The translations under genes and the position numbers were made by a program. This document shows, one piece after another, positions 1-9,720 of a stretch of DNA of 64,000 nt. Below the pieces are notes generated by a model that saw nothing but the letters and a program-made list of their open reading frames with translations, had not been told where the DNA came from and searched no databases. Where the stretch lies: positions 2,208,001-2,272,000 of the forward strand of contig OZ241892.1 of NCBI GenBank assembly GCA_965203485.1, written 5' to 3'. Position 1 is the first letter of the stretch, and each line of letters starts with the position of its first letter. The stretch comes from Longimicrobiales bacterium. GTDB taxonomy: Bacteria; Gemmatimonadota; Gemmatimonadetes; Longimicrobiales; Gaopeijiaceae.

Positions 1-40
1 ACTGGATGCTCGAAGACGCACCTCTGCCGGAAGATCCGGC

Positions 41-1261
41 TTAGCGAGCGTCCCGGAGGCGCCCCCGCACCACGTAGTCGAGTTCCAGGTCGTCGGTGGC
101 CACCAACCAGATGCGATCTCCCCGCAGGAGGGGCGGACCGGCATCCACGTGGACGGGGAAGCCGGCCACCGCCGTGCCCTGGTAGGAGCCGTCCGCGGCG
201 GACAGCACGTCGAACACCGACCGGCCGGAGTCGTCCGCCACCTTCACCCAGAGATTGCCGTCGCCCGGCAGGAACAGACCCTCGACGACGGGCTTGGCGT
301 CGGGAATCTTCGACCAGTCGAAGTCCACGTCTTGCCCGACCTCCTCGATGAGGTCGGCAACTTCGGCCTCGCGCTCGGCGTCGGTCACCGGGACCGCCGC
401 GCGGTCGCCGACAACGACGAACGCGGTGTCGCCGCCGGGGGTCCACTTGCGGATCCGGTACTCAGGAACTCCGCCCTCCGCCTGCCATATCGTTCCCGCC
501 GGGTCGATCAGAAGGACCTCGTGCGCGTAGAACGGAACGCCGACGCAACCGCCTCCGCCGTCGGGATTCGTCCAACACCATGAACTGTCGGGGTCGTCCG
601 ACGAGCCGTACGTGCCCATCGGCAACGTGTCCAGCGCCGTCATCGTCTCGTCGTAGACCACCAAGCGGCGCACGACGACGTCGGCGCTCCAGTCAAGATG
701 CGGGCGAAAGACGCGGCCGTCCGCTCCCATCGCGCCTTGCCAGCGGAAGCTCCAGCCCGTCGTTCTGTAGGGATGGGACTCGACAAACCCGTCGTGCGCG
801 TCGAAGACCGACATGCGTCCGTTGCGGCTGTCCGGCGCCCACAGCAGACCCTCGGGGTCCGTCATCAGTCCGTGAGCCTGCTGAAGTTCGCCCGGCCCCT
901 CGCCCCGGCCGCCATGCGTCGCGACATGGGCGCCGCCGCCGTCGAAGACCCGAATCTCCTGGGCATGGTCGTCCAGCACAGCGAAGCCGCCCCCGTCCAG
1001 CATGGCCAACCCGAGGATTCTACTGAACCCGTCCGGGCCGCCGCCCTCGACCGAACCCACCCGGAACTCCTCGACAATCGTCCAGCGCGGCTCGGCGGCC
1101 GACGAGAACCTCACCTGCACCACGCCCGACGGCAACGTGTCCCGGGTGGTCGCGCCGCCCATCGGCACGTCCCCTTCGCCGCATCCGGCGACCACTGCCG
1201 CCACGCAACCGGCGCTGACTGCCACCACCATCGCGCGTCTCTTCCAGCTCGAGATCATCAT
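41..1261 (-). CDS. Six-bladed beta-propeller (NHL/DUF5128-like) lipoprotein
   Basis: 406 aa; lipobox VVAGC; propeller motifs IRVFDGGG, GGRGEGPGEL, LWAPDSRNGRMSVFD. Confidence 0.75.
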   Translation of the reverse strand: MMISSWKRRAMVVAVSAGCVAAVVAGCGEGDVPMGGATTRDTLPSGVVQVRFSSAAEPRWTIVEEFRVGSVEGGGPDGFSRILGLAMLDGGGFAVLDDHAQEIRVFDGGGAHVATHGGRGEGPGELQQAHGLMTDPEGLLWAPDSRNGRMSVFDAHDGFVESHPYRTTGWSFRWQGAMGADGRVFRPHLDWSADVVVRRLVVYDETMTALDTLPMGTYGSSDDPDSSWCWTNPDGGGGCVGVPFYAHEVLLIDPAGTIWQAEGGVPEYRIRKWTPGGDTAFVVVGDRAAVPVTDAEREAEVADLIEEVGQDVDFDWSKIPDAKPVVEGLFLPGDGNLWVKVADDSGRSVFDVLSAADGSYQGTAVAGFPVHVDAGPPLLRGDRIWLVATDDLELDYVVRGRLRDAR

Positions 1262-1467
1262 GCTCTCGAAGATATCGAGTCCACGCTTGGCTGGGCAAGA
1301 TCAGCCGCTCTGCACGGCCGCCGGTCGCGCCTCGCCGCAAGCCGAGCGCAGGATTGGCTCCCACCGTCCGCCATGCGAAGTTGTTCTCCTGCGCCATGTC
1401 CGCCACGTCCGCCCGCCGAGATCCGCACGAGTCCAGCGAGACCGAGCAAGTCCACGAGGAGAAAAGC

Positions 1468-2991
1468 ATGCACGCGACGAAGACACGCAACAGCGCAACC
1501 CCGCTCACTGCTCGGCTTCGGCCGAGAAGCGCCCCCGTGCCCAGGCCACGACTCGCTCTGCCCATGCCCGCGACTGTCGCAGGCTGGGCGCTTTCCGCCG
1601 CCGCCCTCGCCCTATGGGGGATCTCGCCCACGCTAGCTGCCCCGGACCTTCAAGCCCAAGAATCGCCTGCCTCGGACGTGACCGTATTCGCCAACGTCAC
1701 CGTCCTGCCCATGACCTCGGCGGCGGCGCTGCCGGACCAGCACGTCGTGGTCCGCGACGGCGTCGTCACCTACGTCGGCCCGTCCGACGACATCCTCACG
1801 GCTCCCGCCGGCGCCGTCGTCGTCAGCGGAGAGGGCCGCTTTCTCATGCCCGGCTTGGCCGAGATGCACGCCCACGTCCCGCCCGGCGCCTCGTTTCCGA
1901 GCGAAGCGGTCAGCGACATCCTCTTCCTCTACGTGGCCAACGGCATCACCACGATCCGCGGAATGCTCGGCTCGCCCTATCAGGTTCCGCTGGCGAAGGC
2001 GCTCGCCAAGGACGAAGTCCAAGGCCCCAACTTCTACGTCGGCGCGCCCTCGCTTTCGGGCAGGACGGTGCGCTCGCCCGAAGACGCGGAACGGCTCGTC
2101 GAGGCGCACGCCGAGGCCGGCTATCACTTCCAGAAGATTCACCCCGGCGTGTCCCTCGCAGCCTGGGACCGCATGGTCGAGACGGCGCAGCGGCTTGGCG
2201 TCACCTTCGCCGGGCACGTCCCGGCCGACGTGGGGCTCGCGCACGCCATCGAGACGGGCATTTCCACCGTCGACCACCTCGACGGCTACGTGGACGCCGT
2301 TGCGCCCGCCGACGTGCAGGCGCAGGTCAACGCGGGCCGCATCCGGCTGGGCGGCCTCTTCAAGGGCATCGACGAGGCCAAGCTGGAAGAGATCGTGCGG
2401 CTGACCGTCCAGCGCGACGTCTACGTGGTGCCGACGATGTACCTCTGGGAGAACTTGTACGGCGCGCCGGACGTGGAGGCGATGCTGGCGCAGCCCGAGA
2501 TGAAGTACGTCTCGCGGAGGCAGCACGCGGCTTGGCGCAGGCAGGCTTCGGGAGGGCCCAGGGGGACGCCCGAGGAGGTGGCCGCCTATTTGGAGCTGCG
2601 CAAGCGCATTCTCAAGGCGCTGTCCGACGCGGGCGCGGGCATTCTGATGGGAACGGACTCGCCCCAGCTGTTCAACGTGCCCGGTTTCGCGCTGCAACGG
2701 GAGATCGCGATCATGGAGGACGCGGGCATGTCGAACTACGAGATACTTAAGAGCGGGACCGTGGCGGTCGCGCAGTACGTGGCCGACCATCTCGGGCTCG
2801 AAGGCGACTTCGGCACGGTCGAGGCCGGCCAGCGGGCGGACTTGGTGCTGCTGGAGGCCAATCCGCTGGAGGACTTGGCCAACCTGACCCAGCGCGCGGG
2901 CGTGATGATCCGGGGACGCTGGACGACCCGCGCCGAGATCGACGCCGGATTGGCGGCGCTGGCCGCGAAGCATGCGGGGAGCGACCGTTGA
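1468..2991 (+). CDS. Secreted amidohydrolase family protein
   Basis: GAGGAG RBS before ATG 1468 (alternative start 1564); PGLAEMHAH metal motif, MGTDS, GTVEAGQRADLVLL. Confidence 0.85.
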   Translation: MHATKTRNSATPLTARLRPRSAPVPRPRLALPMPATVAGWALSAAALALWGISPTLAAPDLQAQESPASDVTVFANVTVLPMTSAAALPDQHVVVRDGVVTYVGPSDDILTAPAGAVVVSGEGRFLMPGLAEMHAHVPPGASFPSEAVSDILFLYVANGITTIRGMLGSPYQVPLAKALAKDEVQGPNFYVGAPSLSGRTVRSPEDAERLVEAHAEAGYHFQKIHPGVSLAAWDRMVETAQRLGVTFAGHVPADVGLAHAIETGISTVDHLDGYVDAVAPADVQAQVNAGRIRLGGLFKGIDEAKLEEIVRLTVQRDVYVVPTMYLWENLYGAPDVEAMLAQPEMKYVSRRQHAAWRRQASGGPRGTPEEVAAYLELRKRILKALSDAGAGILMGTDSPQLFNVPGFALQREIAIMEDAGMSNYEILKSGTVAVAQYVADHLGLEGDFGTVEAGQRADLVLLEANPLEDLANLTQRAGVMIRGRWTTRAEIDAGLAALAAKHAGSDR

Positions 2992-4433
2992 CGGCGTCCG
3001 GAAGGCCTGCCTGCGCTGGGACGGCGCTCGGCGCGCTGGCCGGGCTGCTCGCCGCGGCGGGATGCGCCGTTCCGAACCCGGCCCCCGATCCCTCCACGCC
3101 GATCTTGATCGACGGCGGCACCGTGGTGACGATGGACGAGGCGGGCGCCGTCCTCGAGGGCGGCGCCGTGCTGGTCGAAGGCGAGCGCATCGCGGCGGTC
3201 CTGGACGCGGCGGCCCCGCGCCCCCGGGGCGTCCGCCACATCGACGCGACCGGCCAGCTGGTGATCCCCGGACTCGTCAACGCGCACGGCCACGCGGCGA
3301 TGTCGCTGCTCCGCGGACTGGCCGACGACCTGCCGCTGATGACGTGGCTGGAACAGCACATCTTCCCCGTGGAGGCCGAGCTGGTCGCGCCGGACTTCGT
3401 GTACTGGGGGACGCTGCTGTCCGCCGTCGAGATGCTCAAGAGCGGCACCACGACGTTCGCGGACATGTACTACTTCCCCTTCGACGCGGCCCGCGCCGCG
3501 GAAGACGCCCACGTCCGCGCCGTCATGGGACCCGGCGTCATCGGCTTCCCCGCGCCCGACTTCGCGTCCCCGGAAGCCTCGCTGGCCGCCGCCCCGGAAT
3601 TCCTGGAGCGCTACGCCGGGCACCCTCTCGTCGTCCCGTCCGTGACGGCGCACGCACTCTACACCACGCCGCTCGACGCCGTCGCCGCCGCCGCCAGCTT
3701 GGCCCGCGAGCACGGCGCCGTCTTCCAGATCCACGCCGCCGAGGACGCCACCGAGGACGCCCAGTCGCGCGACGCCAACGGCATGGGCGTGGTCGAGGCC
3801 TTGCAGTCCGCCGGCGCGCTCCGGCCCGGCACGTTGCTGGCCCACGCCATCTACCTGTCGCCCGACGATCTCGCGGCGATCGCGGCCAGCGGGGCGGGCA
3901 TGGCGCACAACCCCCAGAGCAACATGAAGCTGGGGATTCCCCGCGCGGCGCCCGTGTCCGAGGCCCTCGCCGCCGGCATCCCGGTGGGACTCGGCACGGA
4001 CGGCCCCGCCAGCAACAACGACCTGGACCTCTTCGGCGAGATGGACGCCGCCGCCAAGCTGCACAAGTTCGCCACCGGCGACCCCGCCGTGCTGCCGGCC
4101 GAGACGGTCTTCCGCATGGCGACCATCGGCGGCGCCCGGGCGCTCGGCCTGCAAGACCGAATCGGCTCGCTGGAGCCCGGCAAGCTGGCCGACGTGGTGG
4201 CGCTGGACCCGCGCCGCGCCGGCCTCACGCCTCTCTACGCCGTCTACTCCCACCTCGTCTACGCCGCCGACGGCAGCGACGTGACCACCGTGCTCGTGGA
4301 CGGCCGCCTCGTCGTCCAGGACGGCCGCGTGCTGACCGTGGACGAAGAGGAAGTCATGCGCCGGGCCCGCAGCTTCGGCGACCGCATACGGCGAGTCGTG
4401 GAGCGGGTCGCGGCGGAGGCTCGGGCGCGCTAG
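2988..4433 (+). CDS. Amidohydrolase, MtaD/SAH-MTA deaminase-like, with lipoprotein signal
   Basis: TTGA overlap with upstream stop; PGLVNAHGH, IHAAE, HNPQSNMKL, GLGTDG; lipobox AAAGC. Confidence 0.85.
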   Translation: MTASGRPACAGTALGALAGLLAAAGCAVPNPAPDPSTPILIDGGTVVTMDEAGAVLEGGAVLVEGERIAAVLDAAAPRPRGVRHIDATGQLVIPGLVNAHGHAAMSLLRGLADDLPLMTWLEQHIFPVEAELVAPDFVYWGTLLSAVEMLKSGTTTFADMYYFPFDAARAAEDAHVRAVMGPGVIGFPAPDFASPEASLAAAPEFLERYAGHPLVVPSVTAHALYTTPLDAVAAAASLAREHGAVFQIHAAEDATEDAQSRDANGMGVVEALQSAGALRPGTLLAHAIYLSPDDLAAIAASGAGMAHNPQSNMKLGIPRAAPVSEALAAGIPVGLGTDGPASNNDLDLFGEMDAAAKLHKFATGDPAVLPAETVFRMATIGGARALGLQDRIGSLEPGKLADVVALDPRRAGLTPLYAVYSHLVYAADGSDVTTVLVDGRLVVQDGRVLTVDEEEVMRRARSFGDRIRRVVERVAAEARAR

Positions 4434-4504
4434 GCGGGCGATCTGCCCGGGCCGCGAACGCCGCCCGGCAACATCCGACGTGCGAGCGCCGATAGCAACC
4501 GGCA

Positions 4505-4620
4505 CGCAATATTTGATTTTCGTATACCAAATACAATGCAATGATTGAAAAATGTATACCAAAACAAAGACCGTCGAATAATCAAGCTGGAAACCGGACG
4601 CAATTTTCGCTACCTTAAGG
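4505..4620. promoter_or_regulatory. AT-rich leader with direct repeats GTATACCAAA
   Basis: Abrupt AT-rich patch; GTATACCAAA at 4522 and 4554. Confidence 0.5.
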
Positions 4621-4784
4621 GTGCGGGGCCGTTTGCCACCGGCGATCAACCAAGGAGCATGGCCGTTCCGAAAGGCCGTGTCCGGCGGCCCCAGCCCGTG
4701 CGAGCCGCGCACGCCGCCCCCGCTCGCACGTTCGCACGTTCGCCCGGACGACCGCGGCACCCGCGGAGAGGACAGCTCGGAACG

Positions 4785-6191
4785 ATGGAAATCGGTGAGA
4801 TGCAACGACTGCTGGCCCTCGCGCCGTGGTGGGAGAAGCCGCGCACATGGGCGCTGGACGACCCGGACCTGCGCGAAGCCGACGCGGCGCCGTTCAGGTA
4901 CACCGCGGGCGTGCTGGACGATCTGGAACCCGGCGGCCTCCACCTCCTCCGTGGTCCCAGGCGGGTCGGGAAGACGGTCGAGGTCAAGAAGGCGATCTAT
5001 CGGCTCGTCGGCCGCGGCGAGGATCCTCGCCTGATCCTGCACCTGGCGGCCGATGGACTCGCGGCACGGGATCTGCGAACGATGGGCCGCGCGGCTGATG
5101 CGCTGACGCCGCCCGGGCGCCGCACGTGGTTCCTCGACGAAATCACCGCCATCGAAGACGGATGGCCGGCCGAGATCAAGTGGCTGCGGGACAACGACGC
5201 GCGGTTCCGCAACGACACGGTCGTCCTGACGGGGTCGTCGTCGGCCAACCTCGGCGAGTCGGTGAAGGCGTTGGCCGGCCGTCGCGGCTCCGTGGCCGAT
5301 CCCGACCGCGTGCTCTTGCCGATGTCGTTTCGCGCCTTCCTGGAGGCGACGCTCGACGAGCCGCCGCCCGACGACGCCGCGCCGCCGATGTCCGTCGCGG
5401 ACCTGGCCGTCGGCGGGGCGCTCGCCGACTTGTCCCGCAAGCTCGCCCCTTGGCTGGAAACGCTGGCCGCCGGCTGGAACCGGTACCTGTGCGTCGGGGG
5501 ATTTCCGCGCGTCGTGAACTGCCACGTTCGCGAAGCCCCCGGCCACCCCTTCCGCCGGGACCTCCTGGATGTCGTCCACGGAGAAGCCCTGCGCCGCGCC
5601 CAATGGTCCAAGGCCCAAACCGACGCCTTCATGAGACGCTTGGCGCGAGGTCTGGGCGCACCGGCCAACCACTCCGACATCGCCACGGACATGAACGCGT
5701 CCGCGACGCTCGTCCGAAGCCGAATCGAAGCCCTCCGCGACTGCTTCGTCGTCTGGCCTTGCCACCGAGAAGCAGACGAGAGGCCCCACCTGCGGGCGCA
5801 GGCGAAGGCGTACTTCGTCGATCCGGTCTTCACGCGGCTCACCCGAAGGCCCGAAGCCCACGTCGACATCGGCATTCTTTCCGAGCAACAGCTCGGGGTG
5901 GCGCTTCTGCGATCCTTCGCGAGAACGGAGCCCGGCGGCTTCCTGGACTTCGATCAGGTCCTGCACCACAGAACGCGCAGCCGCAAGGAGATCGACTTCG
6001 TCGGTCCCGGCTTCGGCGGCGTGGCCGTCGAATCCAAGTACGTGTCCGGACGCCGGTGGAGGCGGGTCCTTCCCACTCTCAAGGCATCGCGGTGGCACGG
6101 CATCGTCGCAACCCGAGATGCGCTGGACCTCGACGACATGGACGTGAAGGCGGCGCCCACCGGTCTTCTCGCTTGGCTGATTGGAGGATGA
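4785..6191 (+). CDS. AAA_14/DUF4143 ATP-binding protein with C-terminal PD-(D/E)xK-like motif
   Basis: Walker A GPRRVGKT, Walker B FLDEI, LTGSS, GGFP, KAYFVDP, EIDFV...VESK; ATG 4785 is the likely start. Confidence 0.85.
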   Translation: MEIGEMQRLLALAPWWEKPRTWALDDPDLREADAAPFRYTAGVLDDLEPGGLHLLRGPRRVGKTVEVKKAIYRLVGRGEDPRLILHLAADGLAARDLRTMGRAADALTPPGRRTWFLDEITAIEDGWPAEIKWLRDNDARFRNDTVVLTGSSSANLGESVKALAGRRGSVADPDRVLLPMSFRAFLEATLDEPPPDDAAPPMSVADLAVGGALADLSRKLAPWLETLAAGWNRYLCVGGFPRVVNCHVREAPGHPFRRDLLDVVHGEALRRAQWSKAQTDAFMRRLARGLGAPANHSDIATDMNASATLVRSRIEALRDCFVVWPCHREADERPHLRAQAKAYFVDPVFTRLTRRPEAHVDIGILSEQQLGVALLRSFARTEPGGFLDFDQVLHHRTRSRKEIDFVGPGFGGVAVESKYVSGRRWRRVLPTLKASRWHGIVATRDALDLDDMDVKAAPTGLLAWLIGG

Positions 6192-6192
6192 G

Positions 6193-9100
6193 ATGACGCG
6201 GGTCAAGGATCCGCTCTACCGGAAGATCGAAGAGAGTCTGGGCGGCTCCCTGGACCCTACCGTGTTCGAGGAGTGTGCCGTCGATCTGTTGCGGAGCGTC
6301 TATCCGGGCCTCGTGGGCGTCGGCGGCCCGCATGACCGCGGCATGGACGGCGCGATCAGCGCGCCAAGCGGGCCGGCGACGCTCCTGGTGTGCACCACGG
6401 GCCGCAACGTGACCGGCAATCTCACGAAGAGCCTTGAGGCACACTCGGAAGGCGGCGGAGCGAGCCGCGATGTGGTTGTGGCCACGTCTCGATTCCTGAC
6501 GCCCCAGCGGCGGCGGAACTTGGCAGGGCGTGCCGAGGCGCTCGGCTTCCAGCTGAAGAACGTCCACGACGGGAAAGACTTCTTGGACCGCCTCTACCGT
6601 AGCCCGCTGTGGCGGAAGGAGCTGCTGGGATTGCCGGGAGACCCGCCCGCCCTGTCGGCGTACCCGCGGCCATGGGTCCCGGAAGCCAAGATCCTTCTCG
6701 GGCGGGACGACGAGCTTCGCTGGCTCCTTGCGCAAGAGCAGGACTTGGTCCTCGTCGGCCCTCCGGGAATCGGCAAGACCGTCTTGCTGCAGGAGCTTGC
6801 CGAGAAGGGGCGGGGCCTGTTCGTGGCGACGAGCGACGAGGGCCGAATCGTGGACGCTTGGCGGGAAGCCAGGCCGCACTTCCTGTTGCTGCCCAATGTT
6901 CACTTGCAACCGGAACGGCTCTCGGCGCTGCTCTCGTTGCGCCGTGAACTGGGCATGGACTTTCGAATAGCGGGCACGGCTTGGCGGCGCCTCGGGGAGG
7001 AGCCTTGCGTGGAATGGCGGCCCGCGCCCAAGGAGAAGGCGATCGGCGGATTGCCTCGAGAGGCGACAGTGCAAGTCGTCTGGTCGGTCGGCATCGAGAA
7101 CAACGACATCGCCGCCGAGATACTGGACCAGAGCGAACACGACCGAGACCCCGACTACATCGGCCAAAGCGAGCACAAGCCCGGCTTGGCCGTCACCCTC
7201 GCGCTGCAAGTCGCAAAGGACGGCGCCGAGCAGCCGTTGCGCAACGGCGCCCTCGTGCTCCGCCACGTAGCGGCGTCGTGCAAGCTGGATGTCCCCGACC
7301 TCAACGTCTTGGGCGTCGCGGCGCTCGGGGGACGCAACGGCATGACGCTTGCGAACATCAGCAAGACGCTGAAGAAAGGCGAAGCCGATGTCCGAGACGT
7401 TCTGCGCCGGGTGTCCTCGGCGGGAATCCTTGCGGTCAGCCGATATCGCGACGGGACGGTGTCGGTCGTGCCCGAAGCGCTGCGAGACGCATTGATCGCC
7501 TCGACGTTCTTTGGGGGGGCGACCAGCCTTCCGGCCGAACCAGCGCTTGCGTTGGTGGACGACGCCACGAGCGCCACGGCCGCCCTCGTCAGCGCCTTGG
7601 GCCGCGGACTGCCCGTACCGCACAACATCGTTCGCAGTCGTCTCCCCCGCGATCCTCGCGACCGGTCTCACCGCGACCTCTGGAGCGAATACGCGTGGGT
7701 CGGCGGGAAAGACGCCGTGCGGTGGATTCTCTCCGAGGCGGACCGTCGCGGGCGCCTGGCCGCCATCGTTGCTCGGCCTGCACTTCAATTCTTGCCGCGG
7801 CGTGCCGTCGAGCGGTTGATTCCCCGACTCCCCGACGACGAGGTCCACGAGCCTGTCCGCGACTGGATGACAGAATGGGGCGCCAACGTCGTGCCGCGCC
7901 GTGGGTTGATTCTGGAAGAGATCGAGCGGCTTTCTCGCAAGGACGGCGATCCGGCGGCTCTGTCCCTGATGCCCTCAGCGTTTTCTTTGGAGTTGCGAAG
8001 CATGCATTGGAGCAAGCTCGCGCCCGGCAGGATCGACACGAGGATGGGCGTGTTGCCCTTGGACGAGGTCGTGGAACTGTTTGCATGGTGGCCGACGGCC
8101 CTTGACGTCCTGAAGCGCGCGGAGCACGGCGTCGCCCTGGCCCGGAACGTAGCCCAGCGCTGGTGCGCTCCACACGGTTGGCCCGCCGCCGACGCCCCGG
8201 ACTGGCGCCGATTTGTGCGCGAGTGCGCCGCAAGAATGATCTCGGACATAGTGACGCTGGCGGACGAGAGGCCGGGAATCGTGCTCTGGGCACACCGAAC
8301 GGCGAGCGAGGCACGCCTTGCCGTCACGTTGCCGCCGGTGGATCCGGAGATCGGCGATCTCTTTTCGCGCCCCGGGGCGCTCGCGACGCCGGAGACGAAG
8401 GCCGACGCGGCCGGCCGTCCCTCGGACCGGCAAATGACGGAGCGGAGAAAAGCCGCAGACCTGGCGCGAGCCAACGCGCATGACGGCGCCCGGGAATTGT
8501 TGCGCTTGGCCGAGGAAGGAAGGTTGGCCGACTGCTCGTCCGAACAACAGTTGCAGGACCTCGTCGAGAAGGTCGCGCAGGCAACGGAACGCCCGGCGGC
8601 ATGGGTGGAGGCGCTGGCCGAGCAGAGCGCGTATCCTGCGTGGGTCGCCTCGTTCGTCGACGTGGCCCTTGCCCGAGGCGGAGAAAACCAAAGCACGTGG
8701 AACAGCTTGTTGGCGAGCACGAAGTACGACGACGTCATCGTGTGGGCAGGCATCCGGCATGGCGACGTCCCCGAGCGCGTGGACGAGCGCCTTGTCGAAC
8801 GGCTGCACGAGGTCGAAGCGTTGCCGGGAGGGCATGACTGGAAAAACATGTCGGAAGCATGGAAGCTCCGCCTTCTCCGCGACGGACCCGAGAACGTCGC
8901 GACGACGGCCGCCCTGGCGATGTGGTGGACCGACGACCTGCCGGGCGCTTCCAGACGGCTCTTGTCTGCGTGGGTGGACGTGGCCGCCAGGAGCGACGAC
9001 GAGCGCCTGCTCGGCGAAGTGTTCTCGAGTCCGTCGCCAATCGCGCGACGCGTCGCCTGCGCCTGGTTTCTTGTTCCCCGGCCACATTCCATGATGGACG

Positions 9101-9633
9101 GACTGCTCGACAGGGCGGCATCGGCCCTCGACCGGACCACAAAGGAAAGGCTGATCCAAGACATGCCGGCCGAAACGACGGGTCGCGCCTTCCTCGCGGT
9201 CGTGGGCCAAGACGCCGAACTCTACGGCGTTCTGCTTGGCCGGCGCGACCTGTCCCGCATCCACCTGTTGCCGTTTCGCAACGGAGGCGTGCTGGACGGC
9301 GGGCCCGACCTCGCCTTGCGCGCGCCTGATGCCGGGCGACGTGGCCAACGCGCACGGCGGCTCGGCGGACGCGGGCCCAACTTCGCGTTGCGCGCGCTCG
9401 ATGCCGGTTATCGGACTAGCGCGATCGCCGATGAGATCGAACCCGACCTGAGCCCGATGCTCCTGACCTCCGCGAGCGCAGGCCCTTGGATCCTCAAGCG
9501 TCGGCGGAACGAGCTCCGGCGGGCGATGGAGGCGTGGATGGAACACTCCAGCCCAGACGTCCGCGACATTGCCGGGCAAGTGCTGGAGCGAGAATTCCGA
9601 TCGACGGTGGCAAAGACCGGTTCCCGCCCGTAG
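6193..9633 (+). CDS. Large Mrr-like restriction-endonuclease-domain plus P-loop NTPase (STAND-like) protein
   Basis: GGAGG RBS at 6183; N-terminal FEECAVDLL...GGPHDRGMDG; Walker A GPPGIGKT; long helical-looking C-terminus. Confidence 0.65.
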   Translation: MTRVKDPLYRKIEESLGGSLDPTVFEECAVDLLRSVYPGLVGVGGPHDRGMDGAISAPSGPATLLVCTTGRNVTGNLTKSLEAHSEGGGASRDVVVATSRFLTPQRRRNLAGRAEALGFQLKNVHDGKDFLDRLYRSPLWRKELLGLPGDPPALSAYPRPWVPEAKILLGRDDELRWLLAQEQDLVLVGPPGIGKTVLLQELAEKGRGLFVATSDEGRIVDAWREARPHFLLLPNVHLQPERLSALLSLRRELGMDFRIAGTAWRRLGEEPCVEWRPAPKEKAIGGLPREATVQVVWSVGIENNDIAAEILDQSEHDRDPDYIGQSEHKPGLAVTLALQVAKDGAEQPLRNGALVLRHVAASCKLDVPDLNVLGVAALGGRNGMTLANISKTLKKGEADVRDVLRRVSSAGILAVSRYRDGTVSVVPEALRDALIASTFFGGATSLPAEPALALVDDATSATAALVSALGRGLPVPHNIVRSRLPRDPRDRSHRDLWSEYAWVGGKDAVRWILSEADRRGRLAAIVARPALQFLPRRAVERLIPRLPDDEVHEPVRDWMTEWGANVVPRRGLILEEIERLSRKDGDPAALSLMPSAFSLELRSMHWSKLAPGRIDTRMGVLPLDEVVELFAWWPTALDVLKRAEHGVALARNVAQRWCAPHGWPAADAPDWRRFVRECAARMISDIVTLADERPGIVLWAHRTASEARLAVTLPPVDPEIGDLFSRPGALATPETKADAAGRPSDRQMTERRKAADLARANAHDGARELLRLAEEGRLADCSSEQQLQDLVEKVAQATERPAAWVEALAEQSAYPAWVASFVDVALARGGENQSTWNSLLASTKYDDVIVWAGIRHGDVPERVDERLVERLHEVEALPGGHDWKNMSEAWKLRLLRDGPENVATTAALAMWWTDDLPGASRRLLSAWVDVAARSDDERLLGEVFSSPSPIARRVACAWFLVPRPHSMMDGLLDRAASALDRTTKERLIQDMPAETTGRAFLAVVGQDAELYGVLLGRRDLSRIHLLPFRNGGVLDGGPDLALRAPDAGRRGQRARRLGGRGPNFALRALDAGYRTSAIADEIEPDLSPMLLTSASAGPWILKRRRNELRRAMEAWMEHSSPDVRDIAGQVLEREFRSTVAKTGSRP

Positions 9634-9720
9634 ATTGGTGGCCCGAGACGGCTCCAACGCCCGCCGTGCCGCCAGTTCGCCGGCGACGGTTGCAAACCCG
9701 GACACAAACTGAGGACGAAG

